Of a stretch of 64,000 nt of DNA, positions 15,672-31,799 are shown in pieces (the stretch's first letter is position 1; every line of letters starts with the position of its first letter). Source of the DNA: the human T2T-CHM13v2.0 reference genome, Homo sapiens. The notes under the pieces are model-generated. The model ran no database searches. It worked only from the letters and a program-made list of their open reading frames with translations, and was not told the origin of the DNA. The DNA is taken from NCBI RefSeq assembly GCF_009914755.1, contig NC_060927.1. The stretch is one strand, 5' to 3'. A program made the position numbers and the translations under genes.

Positions 15672-16138
15672 AAAGAATGAATGCACCTTCCAAAAACTCA
15701 ATCAAGTTTTAAGTCTAGCAGAACCAGAGGGGCCTGGAATGCTCTGTCCTCACTTTGTTGCTGGGTTTCTACAGGAGTTAATTTTAACTTGCTAGCAAAT
15801 GCAAATAAATCTTAAAAAAAAAAAAAAAAAAGCAAGCCAATTAAGACACAAGTGTTTAAAGACACAAGGAGTAATTACAAATGTATTATTCATACCTAAT
15901 TTACAAGATGAACTTCTTTCTGTAAAATATTAAACTGTTTACATGCAGGCTAGGAAGACAATTTTCAAATTGTTCATGTTCCGCTACAAAGCAACGACTA
16001 TTAACAATGCAACAGCTTCTGGTCGACTTACAGTGTGGACTAGGCAGTAATCAGAAAATGTTTGACCTCAAGATATCTACTTGACCCCACAGAAATGCAG
16101 ACTTGCCTGCTATAAAATCCTAAACAATGGGGCAGACA

Positions 16139-16152
16139 AGGTCACAGGGTCA
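16139..16152 (+). promoter_or_regulatory. Candidate DR2 nuclear-receptor element (AGGTCA-ca-GGGTCA)
   Basis: Perfect RGKTCA-N2-RGKTCA in non-repeat DNA, with three more half-sites within ~80 bp; function untested. Confidence 0.4.
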
Positions 16153-16671
16153 AAGGGAGTATTAACAGGTCACCGTGCGGCCCACTTGGGAGCAATTACT
16201 TCCAGTCATGGCTAAGTGGACACTTGATTGAATACCACTAAGACAGCTCACATCCCACGGATAACAATCCTCACAGCGATTAAGAATTAAAGCCCCCATG
16301 ATTCAGGCTTTATTACTCAAATGAACCTAACTCTTCCATAAAAAACTCTTGGTATATGCCTGATGCAGGGTCCAAATTGAAATGCCACCTCATTAAACAA
16401 TAATATCTAATTTTATCTAAATGAATTTTCATGAAAGTGCGCCACACAGCTCAGGAATTTTTAAAATGAATTATCACAAGTGATACATAATTTCACCAAA
16501 ACTAGGGTGGATAAAAAAATTAGCTTTAGGAATAAAAGGAAACACAGTGTTGAATGAAACGCCTATTCCTCCAGGTCTAAAGACAGCAACGAAAATTATG
16601 GGCTGCTACAAAATATGTGAATCTATTTTTAAGAAATTCCCTAATTTTCACTAATTTCAGACGAAAAAAAG

Positions 16672-16835
16672 GCAGTGGTTTCACTGGCTGGGCAATCGCT
16701 GAGAGAACTTTAAAAAACATACACAGATTTCAAGTCCTTTTTCAGAATCAACTGGATTTGTGGCCCTAGGAAGTCAAATTGTTTTAAAACTCTCAAGTGA
16801 TTCTCATAGATCACCACCTTTGAGAGCTCTGGTCT
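16672..16835. mobile_element. MER5-type hAT MITE
   Basis: 'cagtggtttc...tttaaaaa...tttaaaactctcaagtgattct...tttgagagctctg'. Confidence 0.55.
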
Positions 16836-17085
16836 ACACCCTGAACGAAGGTCTGCACAGGGTTGTGAAACCACAGGGAGAATAAGAAAGACCTCACCAT
16901 CTTCCTTCTTCTTTAGCCTTCCCTTATTTCATAATCTTGCTGAGGCCTTTATATTTATTTATTTTTATCATCACCTTCTTCTACTGGCAAGTGATTTTCT
17001 AATTACAATAATCCATAGAAAGTTTCTTTTTGGTGTAAGATGATTCACGTTTTTTTTTAAAAAATCAGGTAATATAAAAAATTTA

Positions 17086-17511
<426 letters not shown>

Positions 17512-17959
17512 CTAAAAACTCCAGGGCCAGCCCCTTCCTTCTGCCTCACCTTCAGATCCCAGGAATATGCACATGCAGTAAGAATCCAGAGTTCAGGCCC
17601 AAATCTGTGCCTCAGCCGACAAAGTGGACCTTCTCTGCCAGGGAAATCTTTAAAACTACCTTAACAGATACAAACAATCCCTGCTGAAAGGTACAGTCAG
17701 TAATAGTCTAAACACAAACTACACATCATATAGAAACCTGCAAGGAATAAAAACTGGGACAAACATTAATATAGTAAGGGAATTCCATCCAAAGCAGAAA
17801 CGGGGCTCTAAGAAGCAAATGAGTCATTTTAGGGTCTTACATTTTAATCAGTGTTTATTAAAAATCTTCTTTGAATGTAGCACTGTGGGAGTGTACTGCA
17901 TCACTGCCAAGCCTCAGCCATCCCACCCATGCATTTGTGTGAACTAGAAAAACATTCCC

Positions 17960-18260
<301 letters not shown>

Positions 18261-20639
18261 GTTCCCCTCTGCAGGGAGGTAGCCCTACATGGCTTGGTGA
18301 GCAGAGGGCACTACTGTATATGCAAGACAAAATTGTAAAGACTCTTCTTCCTCTAGGCTGATGCAGACAAGGCCCAGAGCCTAAGAAGAAGAACACAGGC
18401 AAGGTATCAGCTCCTACTTGCCCCCTCAGCCAGGCAAGCTTGTACAGTGAACAATCCCAATTTCACACCAGAGCAGCCAGTCAAAACAGTAACAGGTGAT
18501 CTGTGACTGTCAGGCAACTCCAGAGCAAGGAGCAGCAAAGAATAATTAAGTTAACAATGCCTAATGATTCTCTCAAGCATCAACAGCAAGATCAAGGAGT
18601 TCAAAATCAAGACAGACAGAGCCCTGCCTTCCAGATGCTCACTCTCTCACCCAGTAGACTGGAAGGGGTCCTGTGATGAGATCTGCTCCCAAGCTAAGTG
18701 ACCCTCACAAAGTCCTTAACTGATCACTACTTCAATGTCCACATCCAAGCTGGAGGTTTGATGAGACGATCTCTCACCCAAAAAGCTCAGATTATGCTAA
18801 AAGCTATAAACACAGCACAAATGCTCAAGGTCTACATAGACCTAGCTTCAAGTCCAACTCCATCCACTACCATCCATGACTAAAAGGAGAGGTGCAGAGT
18901 GTAACCAGCATCTGGTCACCTGCTCCTTACAGTGTAATTAAGTATTAGAATTTTTCATCTGTGTTTCCCCCGACAATCTGTACAATAGGGGGGAAAAAAC
19001 AAAGAGAAAAAAAATATATGTTTGTGTGATGCTGGGCCATGCTTTACAAAGGTTTCAAAATGGGACGCCAAAGGGAAGCCTGTTGTTTAAGAATCAAAAA
19101 TTGCCCTTTTAAACAGTTCATCCTGTCCTGTCTACATATACTTTGATTTCAAATAAACTGGTTTCCTTTTAAATTACACTTTGCCATATTTATTTGCTCA
19201 CTATCCCATGTTTTAATTTTCAGACAGCAATTCTGCAGTAATGATACAGACTTTGGGTCATTCAAAGAGAAAGACCACGGTGTCTACAGGACATCAAGAT
19301 GCCAGGAAAAAAGCAAAGAGACTTTGTGTATAGATGGTTTATTGTTTTTTTAAGAAATACTCACACACCTAAAAATGCAGATCCCCAACAATGCAGTCAC
19401 TATTGTGGTTTCTTCTTGGTTCTCTTTATGAAAACATGTTTGTGCTTACACCTCCCGGCATTTGTTCAGTGTTAAACAAAAACAACTCTAGTAAATTGCT
19501 GACAAACAGGTAATACAAGTAGAAAGAATTCCCTAACTTTCAAACTCTCAGCTCGGGGAAAAGCTGAAGTAAAAGATGTCCCCAAAGTCATCTGGTAAAC
19601 ATGCCTTCCAAAGAGAATGTGAAATGCATAGCAAAACAGGCACTTAACTAATTTTAAACGCCTAATTATATACCGCCTAAACAGAATTATCAAGAGACTT
19701 GATTGACTTCCACAGAGCTGTGATTGCCATCAAGCAAACTCAAAGAAATAATAAATAATGTTTGACCTTCTAATGTCCTCAAAACTTACTCACAGTATCA
19801 AAGGATATGGACTGCTGGCGTTCCACTCCTGTATTGTCATGGAACACAGAGGTCACAGATCAATTTGAAGTTAGTGATGCGGAGTCATTTACCCTGATTT
19901 ATGTAGAGGGTACATTCTGAAGAAACACTTGACTTGGATAAACAAAATTAATAAGGGGGCTGGACTACTTGAACAAGAAAAAGAGAGGAATATGGGAAGA
20001 AGGCATACAAAACATGTGACATTTAAGATAGTTTACCCCAAACAAGTAAGAATGGATAATGTCACTCAGAACTTCAAAGACACAGCTTTGGCCTGAAGGT
20101 GGGGGTTAGGTATGAAAGAAGGAAAACAAAGGGGTATTCTTTACTAGCTGATTTGTAAGACAGTCTTGAAGTATGAAGTATCTTCAAGGAATAGCGATCA
20201 TGAATGTTTAACTTAGTAATGCTAAACTAAGAAGCATCTCTGGTTTTGAAAGAGATTGCCATATAAGGCAAAACTTTGCACCAGCTAACTGGTGTACTCT
20301 ATCTATAAGGCTCACCTTAGAATTCAATACAGGAGGCTTTTCTGTGATGAATAAAAAGAAAACCAAAAGTCAAACCTCCTGACATCCGACTCTGTAACTC
20401 AGCTAGGATGAAAAAGCACACTCCTGCCCATTGATCTAATGATTTAGTTTTCCTGCTGATGTGACTTGACAAAAAGTTTTCAGTTTGTTAGTATGTCTCA
20501 ATACTTCACATGCATATTAGCCACAACAATATTCTCTTCATGTTGATAGTTCAATTTGAGTCAAAATTTGAAAGAAAGTACTAGTGTGTTATCTTACCCA
20601 AGTCTCTTTGCCCTCTTTGGAAAATTGCATCAAACTCCT

Positions 20640-21862
20640 TATGACATAATAAGAAATAAATATTTGGTCTCTGCCCTTGTTTCTTGGCACATAGTCCTTA
20701 AAAACTTTGGAAACCCCAAAGTGATAATTGTCTTTTTGTATGCCATGGCTGGGCACTGCAGCAAGGCCTCAGGATGGGGGAGCCAGTTGCCAGGGAAACC
20801 AGCCACATGATTGCAGAGTGGGAACTTTCAGCTCCAGCCTCTGACCTCCAAGTTCTGACTTCCAGAGAGGGGAGAGGGACTGAAGGTTAAGTTGATCACC
20901 AATAGCCAATGATTTCATCAATCATGCCTACATAACGAAGCCTCCATAGAAACTCAGAAGGATGGGATTTGGAGAGCTTCTGAATGCTGAACATGTCGAG
21001 GTTCCTGGGGTTGCCACCTCCAGAGAAGGCATGGCATCTCCTTGCCCCTTCCTACATACCTTGTCCTGCGACTGTCTTCCATTTGGCTGTTCATCAGTAT
21101 CCTTGATGTAATACCACAATACTGTTTCCAATAAACCAGTAAACCTAAGTGTTTCCTAGAGTTGTGTAAGCTATTCTAATTAGTGACTGAACCCAAGGAG
21201 GGGTCAAGGAAACTTCTAATTTCTAGCCGGTGGGTCAGAAGCATAGGTGACAACATGGCACCTGTGTCCAAAGCAGGGGCAGTCTAGTGGGGCCGAGCCC
21301 TTAACCTGTGGGATCTGATGCCATCTCCAGGTAGATGGTGTCAGAACTGAATTGAATGACAGGACACCCAGCTGGTGTTGGAGAACTGGTTAGTGCTATG
21401 GTTTGAATGCATCTCCCTAAGTTTATGCGTAGAATCTTAATCCCCAGTGCAACAGTGTTGAGAGATGGGACCTTTTAAGAGGTGATTAGGTCATCAGGCC
21501 TCTGCCCCCATGAATGGATTAATGTTGTCACCTCGGGAGTGGGTTCATTACTGAGAGTGGGATTGCTACAGAAGCAAGCTCAGCCCTCTTTTGCTCTCAT
21601 GCACACCCTCCCGCCACGTGATAACCCAAAAGGCCCTCGACAGGTGCAGCCCCTCAATCTTGAACTTCCCAGCCTCCAGAACTGAAATAACTAATAATAA
21701 TAAATTTCTTTCCTTTATTAATGATCCAGTCTGTGGATTCTGTTATAGCAACACAAAGTGGACCAAGACAGTTGGTGTGAAAGAAACCCCCTACACATTG
21801 TGGTGACCGTAAGTGTTCTGTATGGAGAGTATAGCAGGAGGAAGGAGTTTTTCTATTGTTCA
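20640..21862 (+). mobile_element. MER21-family solo LTR, split by an MST insertion
   Basis: 'ccaatgatttcatcaatcatgcctac', 'ccttaacctgtgggatctgatgc...ggacacccagctggtgt'; resumes at 21776. Confidence 0.8.
21394..21770 (+). mobile_element. MaLR solo LTR (MSTB-like)
   Basis: TGCTATGGTTTG...GGACCAAGACA; 5-bp TSD GTTAG/GTTGG. Confidence 0.85.
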
Positions 21863-21934
21863 CTCCCTATCTGAAGGGGAACTGACATATCAGAGGTAAT
21901 CTCAAAGGTCATTTCTCACAAAATCAGTAATTAT

Positions 21935-22112
21935 GTTGCACATACTGTGTTAAGCCCTTTCTAAGCACTGTCTCATTTAACGTTCATGACAACAAGGTAG
22001 GTGTGATTGTTCCAGTTTTACAACCAGAAAACGAAGAGTGGGCAATTTAGCTGAGATGTGCCGTACACTAACAAAATTAGGATTTGAACCCAGGGCCATG
22101 TGACTACAGCCT
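21935..22112 (-). mobile_element. MIR SINE
   Basis: 'tctcatttaacgttcatgacaac...ggatttgaacccagg'. Confidence 0.7.
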
Positions 22113-23379
22113 GTATGGAGGGGTCAATGAAAACCTGAAGAAAACTACCCCCCAACCCCATCCAGGAATGGCGAAGGAAAAAGACTGAGCTAATTTGTAC
22201 TAACTTTCCCATTCTGCCCCCAAATGGGCCCCCACCATGGAAATGGAAGTAGATCATAATTTTATAAATCAAGATTCTTCCTACAGCACCATCTAAATAG
22301 CACAGCTATTAATAAAACTTGTTTCTCACTTCCTTATGTTTAAATCTGCGTTCAGGTGTGAATAAAACCTTTGTTCCTTATTTCCACTATCTCCACCTCT
22401 GAGGAGGGACGCACATAAATAAATATAATTTCTTCCGGGCCCAGGGCTCAGTGCAATGCTCAGGCAAAGTAGGAGATATCGGTTCAAATCCGGGCTTAGG
22501 ATTCAATCCCTGGACCCTGATGAGATGGGATTTACAAAGGTAACGCTGCCCAAGGTCACTCAGAAGGGGCCTGCCATTTCCACTAGCACAGGCAGCTGCC
22601 CGGCAGCAGCTCACAGCAAGAAGCCACTCAGCTATCGGCCTGGCTCCAGTTACAGCTGTAAACTACTGCTATTCTACGGGAAGAAACTGGGGCCCTCAAC
22701 AGGAAAAGACCTCAGAGCACTATATTGCCAGTCCACCCTGGTTTAAATAGAGGAGCTCTACTTGAGGAACAAATTGGACAAAAAAAAAGAAGGAAGGAAA
22801 CAAACAAATAAGTGAGGAAACAAAGAAAGCACACTGCCTTGTTAGGAGTAAGAAGAAAATACACAACAGCCAATGTTCTCATGACCATCTTTTTTTTGTT
22901 TTGCTTCCCTGACTGCACAGTTATCTCCAGTGTGATCATTTAGGAGAGGAATGATTTATCATTTCTGACTAGGTAAAGGTAACCATCTTCAAGCCAAAGA
23001 TGTTTGGGATGGGCCAACAAGTTGAAACCTACATGGAAAAGGCTTAACTGGGAACGTTTGTGTGTTCAGGTAGACAGATCCTTCAACTACAGCGTTCTAG
23101 ACCCAAGATTTTGTATCTTCCTACCTTACTATGTAGGTAAGTGGAGGACGCATGAAATTTATAGCCCAACTATATGTGTTGTGTACCCCACCATTTCAGA
23201 ATACTCTGAAAAAACCGAATGTCATTTATGCGACTTCCACATGCTCAATTCTACAATTCCTTTTACTTATTTCAATGAAATCTCAAGTCCTACAGGCTTC
23301 CATTGACTTAATAGGCAGTCTTCTTTTTTATCTCTCTTGCAAAAGTTCCTCCATCACCTGGCACAGCAAAGAAAAAAAA

Positions 23380-23669
23380 TTCTTTTGTTTTGAGACAGGG
23401 TCTCACTGTGTTGCCCAGACTGGTGTGCAGTGGCGTGATCTTGGCTAACTGCAACCTCCACCTCCTGGGCTCAAGCAATCCTCCCGCCTCAGCCTCCTGA
23501 GTAGCTGGAACTACAGATGTGTGCCACCACACCCAAATTTTTGTATTTTTTGTAGAGACGGGGTTTTGCCGTATTGCCCAGGCTGGTCTCCAACTCCTGA
23601 GCTCAAGCGATCTGCCTACTTCGGCCTCCCAAAGTGCTGAGATTACAGGCATGAGCCACCACGGCCGGC
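23380..23669 (-). mobile_element. Alu (AluJb-like)
   Basis: Antisense Alu with 'ctcctgggctcaagcaatcctccc'. Confidence 0.93.
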
Positions 23670-24476
23670 ACAAAGAAACTATTAATGAAGTTACTCAAAC
23701 ACCCAAAAGTGGATGGTCCCACAAACCAAATACACTCCCTGGATGGCTGTCATCTTACCTTCAGTGTTTTACCCAAAACTGTTGGCAAGACAGGTCCTAG
23801 TGGAATGATTTTTTAAAAAAATTAATTTGGTGTCAGTGTGAGTTTCCTTAAGGTAGGAAATTTTTAAAATAACTTATTAAAACTCACAGTGTTGGCAAGA
23901 TCTCCTCCCAATCCATGCCCAACTGTGCAGACAGGAGATGAAGACAAGGTGGGGCCTCCCTCTTTTTTTTCTTTTTTTACTAAATTTGGCAGGAAAAGCA
24001 AAGGGAAGCTGCTTCTTCCAGTTCCCCACCTGCCCCGCCCTTCTGTTCCACAGAGAACAGAAAGTGCCGTAAGCAACAACTAAGTTTACACTGGCCACTC
24101 CAACCACATATCTAGCAATAACTTCATAATTTGTTTTTAAGCATACATTTTCAGGAGGCGAGGCGGGGGACAGGATCTACTGAGGTATACACACTTCATC
24201 CTTGAAGGAAATAAACATGAGTCATATTCAAACATTCCAAATCAAAGCATAGGACCCTGGTTGATACATCTTGCTCCTGCAATCAGAAAGAAAGAGTTTA
24301 GAATCTACCAGAAGGTAAAGTTACCATACAAGTTTTAACAAATACTTCTGCAGCGGCCAGTGAGAACTCAACTGCTACAAAAATATTTTTGACTTTCTTA
24401 ATATGAAATAAAAATACCACATAACTCCAACATTTCACAACTGTTAATTAGGCAAGATGCATTATCATGGTATGTA

Positions 24477-24892
24477 CAGTTGAGCCTTGAACAACCTGGG
24501 TTGGAAGTGCACAGGCCCACTTATGAGAGGATTTTCTTCCACCCCTGCCAGCCCTGCACAAGCAAGACCAACCCCTCCCTTTCCTCCACCTTCTCAGCCT
24601 ACTCAATGTAAAGAACGATGATGAGTCATTTCCACTTAATGAAGAGTAAATATATTTTGTCTTCCTTATGATATTCTTAATAACATTTCATTTCCTCTAG
24701 CTTACTTTATTGTCAGAATACAGCAATATATTATATATGGAACATACAAAATATGTGTTAATTGACTGTTTATGTTACCAGGAAAGCTTCTGTTCTACAG
24801 TAAGCTCTGGTAGTTATGTTTTGGGGAATCATAAGTTACACCCAGATTTTCGACTGTGTGGAAAATTGGCGTCCCCAACCCCATTATTGTTC
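24477..24892 (+). mobile_element. Tigger2a/MER28-like TcMar-Tigger element
   Basis: TA followed by TIR 'cagttgagccttgaacaac'; right TIR truncated after 'ttgttc'. Confidence 0.85.
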
Positions 24893-25251
24893 TGTGAACA
24901 ATTTCAAATCCTTCCCCTCACTCTTTAATTCTGCAGAATTATTTTTCGGGTGTTTTAAAGGGGGCAATAGCAAAGATTGGGATGACATGCAAAACATCCT
25001 CCAGACAAATTTTAGTCTCCATCTTATTCTTTTGTTGAATGAATAATTAAAGTCTTCAGCCATTATGATGCAATCCTCCAGAGAGCTACAAGAAATACAA
25101 GGAAAAATAACACAACTCAACATTTCTTTGGAATCCACCTTCCTCAAAAATGGGTTTAAGGTGATTGTAACCCAAAATGAATACAGAAAAAGCCCTAAGC
25201 CTTGGTGTCACGGGAAGCCCAATTGTTCAAAAAAGAGAAGGAGCATAATCA

Positions 25252-25773
25252 CAGTTGTCCGTCTGTATATTGGGGGACTGGTTCAGAACCCGTAAGTAGA
25301 CCAAAATCCGTGCATACTCAAGTCCTGCAGTCAGCCCTGCAAAACCCTCAAAGGCAGCTGTGCGCGGTGGCAAACGCCTGTAATCTCAGCAATTTGGGAG
25401 GCCAAGGCAGGCGGATGACCTGAGGTCAGGAGTTCGAGACCAGCCTGGCCAACACAGTGAAACCCTGTCTCTACTAAAAATACAAAATTAGCCAGGTGTG
25501 GTGGCGTACGCCTGTAATCCCAGCTACTCAGGAGGCCAAGGCAGGAGAATCGCTTGGACCTGGGGGGGTGGAGGTTGCAGTGAGTGGAGATCACGCCATT
25601 GCACTCCAGCCTAGGCAAAAACTCTGTCAAAAACAACAACAACAACAACAACAAAAAACCCTAAGGCTCTCCCTATACACTGGTTTCCCATTCACCAACA
25701 CTGAGTTTTCACTCTGCATGTGGTCGAAAAAAAATCCACGTATGAGTAGACACCCCCAGTTCAAAGGTCAACT
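25252..25773 (+). mobile_element. MER8 Tigger MITE, split by an Alu
   Basis: 'cagttgtcc...catactcaagtcctgcagtc' and 'cagttcaaaggtcaact' termini. Confidence 0.8.
25356..25654 (+). mobile_element. Alu (AluS) with (AAC)n tail
   Basis: Alu body; TSD-like AAAACCCT(CA)AAGGC on both sides. Confidence 0.93.
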
Positions 25774-25869
25774 CCACTTCTCACTAGAATTAAAAAGCTT
25801 TACTCCAAATGTAGTTAAAACAGCCCAATATCTTCCTCTTATAAGCAGTAATTAAACTTTAGTGTGGAT

Positions 25870-26025
25870 AAGATTCATCTGGTTTGCTTACTTGAAAATG
25901 CAGATCTTTGGCTCAACCTCTAGAAGATGGGACAGAGCCAGAGTGGGGTTGGATGGGGTTGAGAAATCTGCATTTCAACAGTAGTCCACAGGTGACTCTA
26001 TGCAGACCCTGGAAAACACTCTATT
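25870..26025. mobile_element. MER5-type hAT MITE
   Basis: 'aaaatgcagat...aatctgcatttcaaca...caggtgactctatgc'. Confidence 0.6.
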
Positions 26026-26620
26026 TAAGGGCTCACCACAGCCAGGGACCATATTCCAACTGTCACTTTTCTAGGTCTCATTCTCATTATTTGTTCCAAG
26101 ACTCTCTCTTATTTTTGCAAATTTAATTTAAAAGTATGAGCATTTCCTGAATGTAACCAGCCACTCTAAGCCAGAGCTGACCTATGAGGGACACATACGT
26201 GGCCAAGGCTAGACCAACCAGAACCTCTATATTCTTCACACTGAACTTGAAATTGGGAGTGTGATCTAGTGAAATCACAATGTACTCAAGCTTAACTAGC
26301 ACAAAGACATGTACCAATGCTTGGAGAAGGAGCAGGGAAGGGAAGAGCATTTAGTAATAGTGCAAATGATGAGCAAATGCCCGGGAGCAAAAGGAGCTGA
26401 AAATCCTGTGTTCCTTTAGTGGGTCTTTGATCCCACATGCCCCACAAACCAGGTGCATCTGGCCCTGCTTACTGGTGACTTCCAAGGCTCTGAAAGGATA
26501 TTTTAACCATAAGCAATTTTCATCTCATATGCTAACTTCAGAACCTGACCTTCAGGTAAGATGTTATTTCACTGGAGGAGAACTTAATAGGTCCACTCAG
26601 AATTCATGGCAAGCAGGTCA

Positions 26621-27009
<389 letters not shown>

Positions 27010-29032
27010 AGAAACAGGGATGAGAAATTAGAGAACTCTGTTCAGGCTCCTGGTGATTCCCATTCCTGGTTCTGCCCCACTCTGAGATATGGCGGCATCC
27101 CAGAGTCCTAAAGATATCCCAAGATCCTTCTAATACACACAACGCCTCCCCGTGCCCTCCACCCTGGCTTGCCTGTTAGCTACCTACAACACCAAGGCTC
27201 CTAACAAGAACACTAAGTATTCAGACAGAATAATATGACAGAATTCTGAAAGCCTTAGAGATCAAGGGTGACCCTTGGGGGCAGTCCTGAGAGGCCATTT
27301 GCAGACTAACAGTTGCCTTGAGGTAGTCTGCAGGGAGGGAGAGCAAAATAAAGCACAGTCAAAACACAACGAGACACAAGAAGAGTGACACAGAGAGAAG
27401 GTGCCTCATGTCCTGAAGGATTCCAGTTTTCAATTTCACCATGGGTTCCATGATCCCACTCTAAATCATCCCTAAAAATTCCCTCTGTTACTTATAACCA
27501 AAGACACCCTACAAGGAGTACTTTTTAAATATTTTAGGCCAAAGAAGAAGTTTCTGAACTCTCAATAATTTACTTGTGACCCACGAATTGCAGAACAATG
27601 CAATTCGCTTACCCTACGCATCCCCTACCCAAATGCTCAGAGGGTCTATGTCTTCACCTCCACACCCCAGTCACCCTAGTCAGCAACTGGCAGGATCATT
27701 TTTGCACAGAATCGGAATTTTAGCACTTCACACAGTCCAAACTACTAGGAATGGAGACTGTACTAAAGTCGAAGGACTCTTAACCACATTATGAGTCATA
27801 AATAAAGAGCTTGCATTTATCACTTAAACACTTCTAAACCATGTCTCTTTTTTTTTTTTTTTTTTGGTAGTTGTTGCTCTGTCTTGGAAAAGCAGCACAG
27901 ATAACACAGCTTTCAGAATAAAATCCTCGCATATAAAGGGCAAAAATGTATGGGTGTTTGAGCAATGAACTGGATCCTAGCAGAGGCATTACAAAGGACT
28001 CTGTGGGAAAGGTTCCATAGTATCCACAGTCCCACTGAACACATTCTCAATGTGCCATGATGCAAATCCAACATGATGATCGTTTGGTGTGGGTTCTCCC
28101 ACCCCCACAGAGTGTGGTGGGAGAAGACACCCTCTATATAGTGTCCCATTTTCCCCAGTGGCAACACATGTGCAGAATAGCAGCGATGACGGCCACGCAG
28201 AGATGTAGAAGTGACTTAACACCCCTGCTGACTCTGCCTCCTGCCCACCTGAGCCATGGAGGGAAGGTCTGCCAACTGTCCCAGGATGTCAGGTGGACGT
28301 GGGAAAGGCGAGTAGAAGACTGAGGCCAAGCGAGCCAGCGATCCCTAAATAAAAGGTGCCACTGGGGTTTTAACTTCCTTTAAGGTCCTAACCAAGGCCT
28401 GGGTACTAAATGAAACAAAGAGGCTCTAAAAAACTTGTCACTGCAGACGGTTGAAATGATGCACAGCCAATCTGCCTCCCGAAAGACAGATGATCAAGGC
28501 AGAGCCCAGCAGCCAGCAAGGCGAACTCAGTTCCAGCTGGATTTAGGGTCAAAAGGTGGCCGAGGCATTGCCTTCCCAGAAGGAGTGAGTCACGAGGAAA
28601 GACTGAAAGCGAGGCAAGGTGGTGGATTTGTTTTTCCCCCAGCTCAGTGTGGGTATTGGCTCAGCAGTATGGAAAAGTGTACTAGAAGGGAGTGAAGGAA
28701 GTGTGCATTCCAGAATGAATGGAAGATGCAGGATAATGAATGGCACCAGGCAGGCGCAGAGGCCAAGTCGGAGAAGCATGCAGTGACCTGCACAGCTAGA
28801 AGGGGCTGGGCTGCCTTGACTGACCCAGATGGGTCAGACAGAAAGACGGTGTTTTTTTGGCACAGGTTCTGGAACTCAACAGAGTCAAGGACCAGCCCTG
28901 GCAGCCAATATCTGGGTGACTTGCCTCAGCCTCTGGAATTCTCAACTGCTTCATCTTTGAAATAGGGACAAGAATAATACCTCCTCTAATGAAGCTGCTA
29001 ACATGTATTTAAAGCTTTTTGTAGCAACAGCA

Positions 29033-29362
29033 CAGAGGTTGGCAAACTACTAGCCTGTAGGCCAAATCTTTCTGACCACCTGCTTTTTACAGGCCATGAG
29101 CTGAGAGTGATTTTTACATTTTTATATGGTTGAAGAAGACAATGAAAATACTATTTGGTGACACATGAACACGATGTGAAATTGAAATTTCGGTATTCAT
29201 AAATAAAGTTTTATTGGAACACAACCACACCCAGTCACTTACAGATTGTCTATGGCTGCTTTTGCACTACAATGGCAAAACTAAGAGAGCTGAGAGACTG
29301 TATGGCCTGCAAAGCCTAATGGATTTACTATCTGGCCCTTTACAGAAATTTGCTGACCCCTG
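29033..29362 (+). mobile_element. MER58B hAT-Charlie MITE
   Basis: TIRs CAGAGGTTGGCAAA / TTTGCTGACCCCTG; 'aataaagttttattggaacaca'. Confidence 0.88.
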
Positions 29363-29444
29363 CATTAGCCAAAAGAGAGCACAATCAGCAGTGCCTCATT
29401 CTACAAGTAAAGAAATGCAGACAGATCGTGAAATCTTTTTATTA

Positions 29445-31019
<1,575 letters not shown>

Positions 31020-31169
31020 TGAAATCTTTTTTATTAGCATAAATTTTAAGTTGGAATTGTAGAAAGTCAATCAGTAGATGTACAAGAAACAAGGACCAAA
31101 GCCTAACAGAAATCGAAGGTAAAACTAAAGCTGGATTTCAGGGAGATACTATATGTCAAGATTCATGTC

Positions 31170-31270
31170 AGGCTTTTTAAGCTTCATGAGAGCACAAATA
31201 GTGTCTGTCTTGCTTATCCTGCACACCTAGCACATAGTAGACATCTAAATAAACACCTGTTGAATGAACA
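31170..31270 (+). mobile_element. L2 3' end
   Basis: 'cctagcacatagtagacatctaaataaacacctgttgaatgaa'. Confidence 0.65.
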
Positions 31271-31799
31271 AAGTTTATCAGTAGCAGAAAACACTTAAAA
31301 TCTGTATTTTCTAATCTAGGCAATAAATATGCCCTTAAATATTCATTTCTTCAAGCCCTAGGTTGGTCTTAATGGTGTGCATTGAAGATATTACTGACGA
31401 TAATGAGGCAAAATATTCTCAAGCATGACACAAGTTTGGTGAGGGCCCCTGCCAGGTGACAAATCCCCTTTAGTCTTTCCCAGCTAGAAAGTTCAAGACA
31501 ATGTCACTAGACAAGGAAGAGAATAAGAGTAAGCAGGAGAGGAAGCACCTGAGCTTTTTGCAAACAGCACTGGTCCGCCAGACAATGATGTAAACAACGT
31601 CTAATGACACCCAAAGGTAAAACAAGAAATGCTGCAGAAGGTGCTAGAAAAGAAAGAGTGAAGGGGGGACAAGAAGGGTGAGAAACACAAACCAATCTAC
31701 AGGAGAAAAATGTTGAAACTCAAGGCTAAATATGGCATTTATCACTACTTTCCTTTGTTGTCAAGGGTAACAGATAATCAATTAAAATAATAAACTTTC

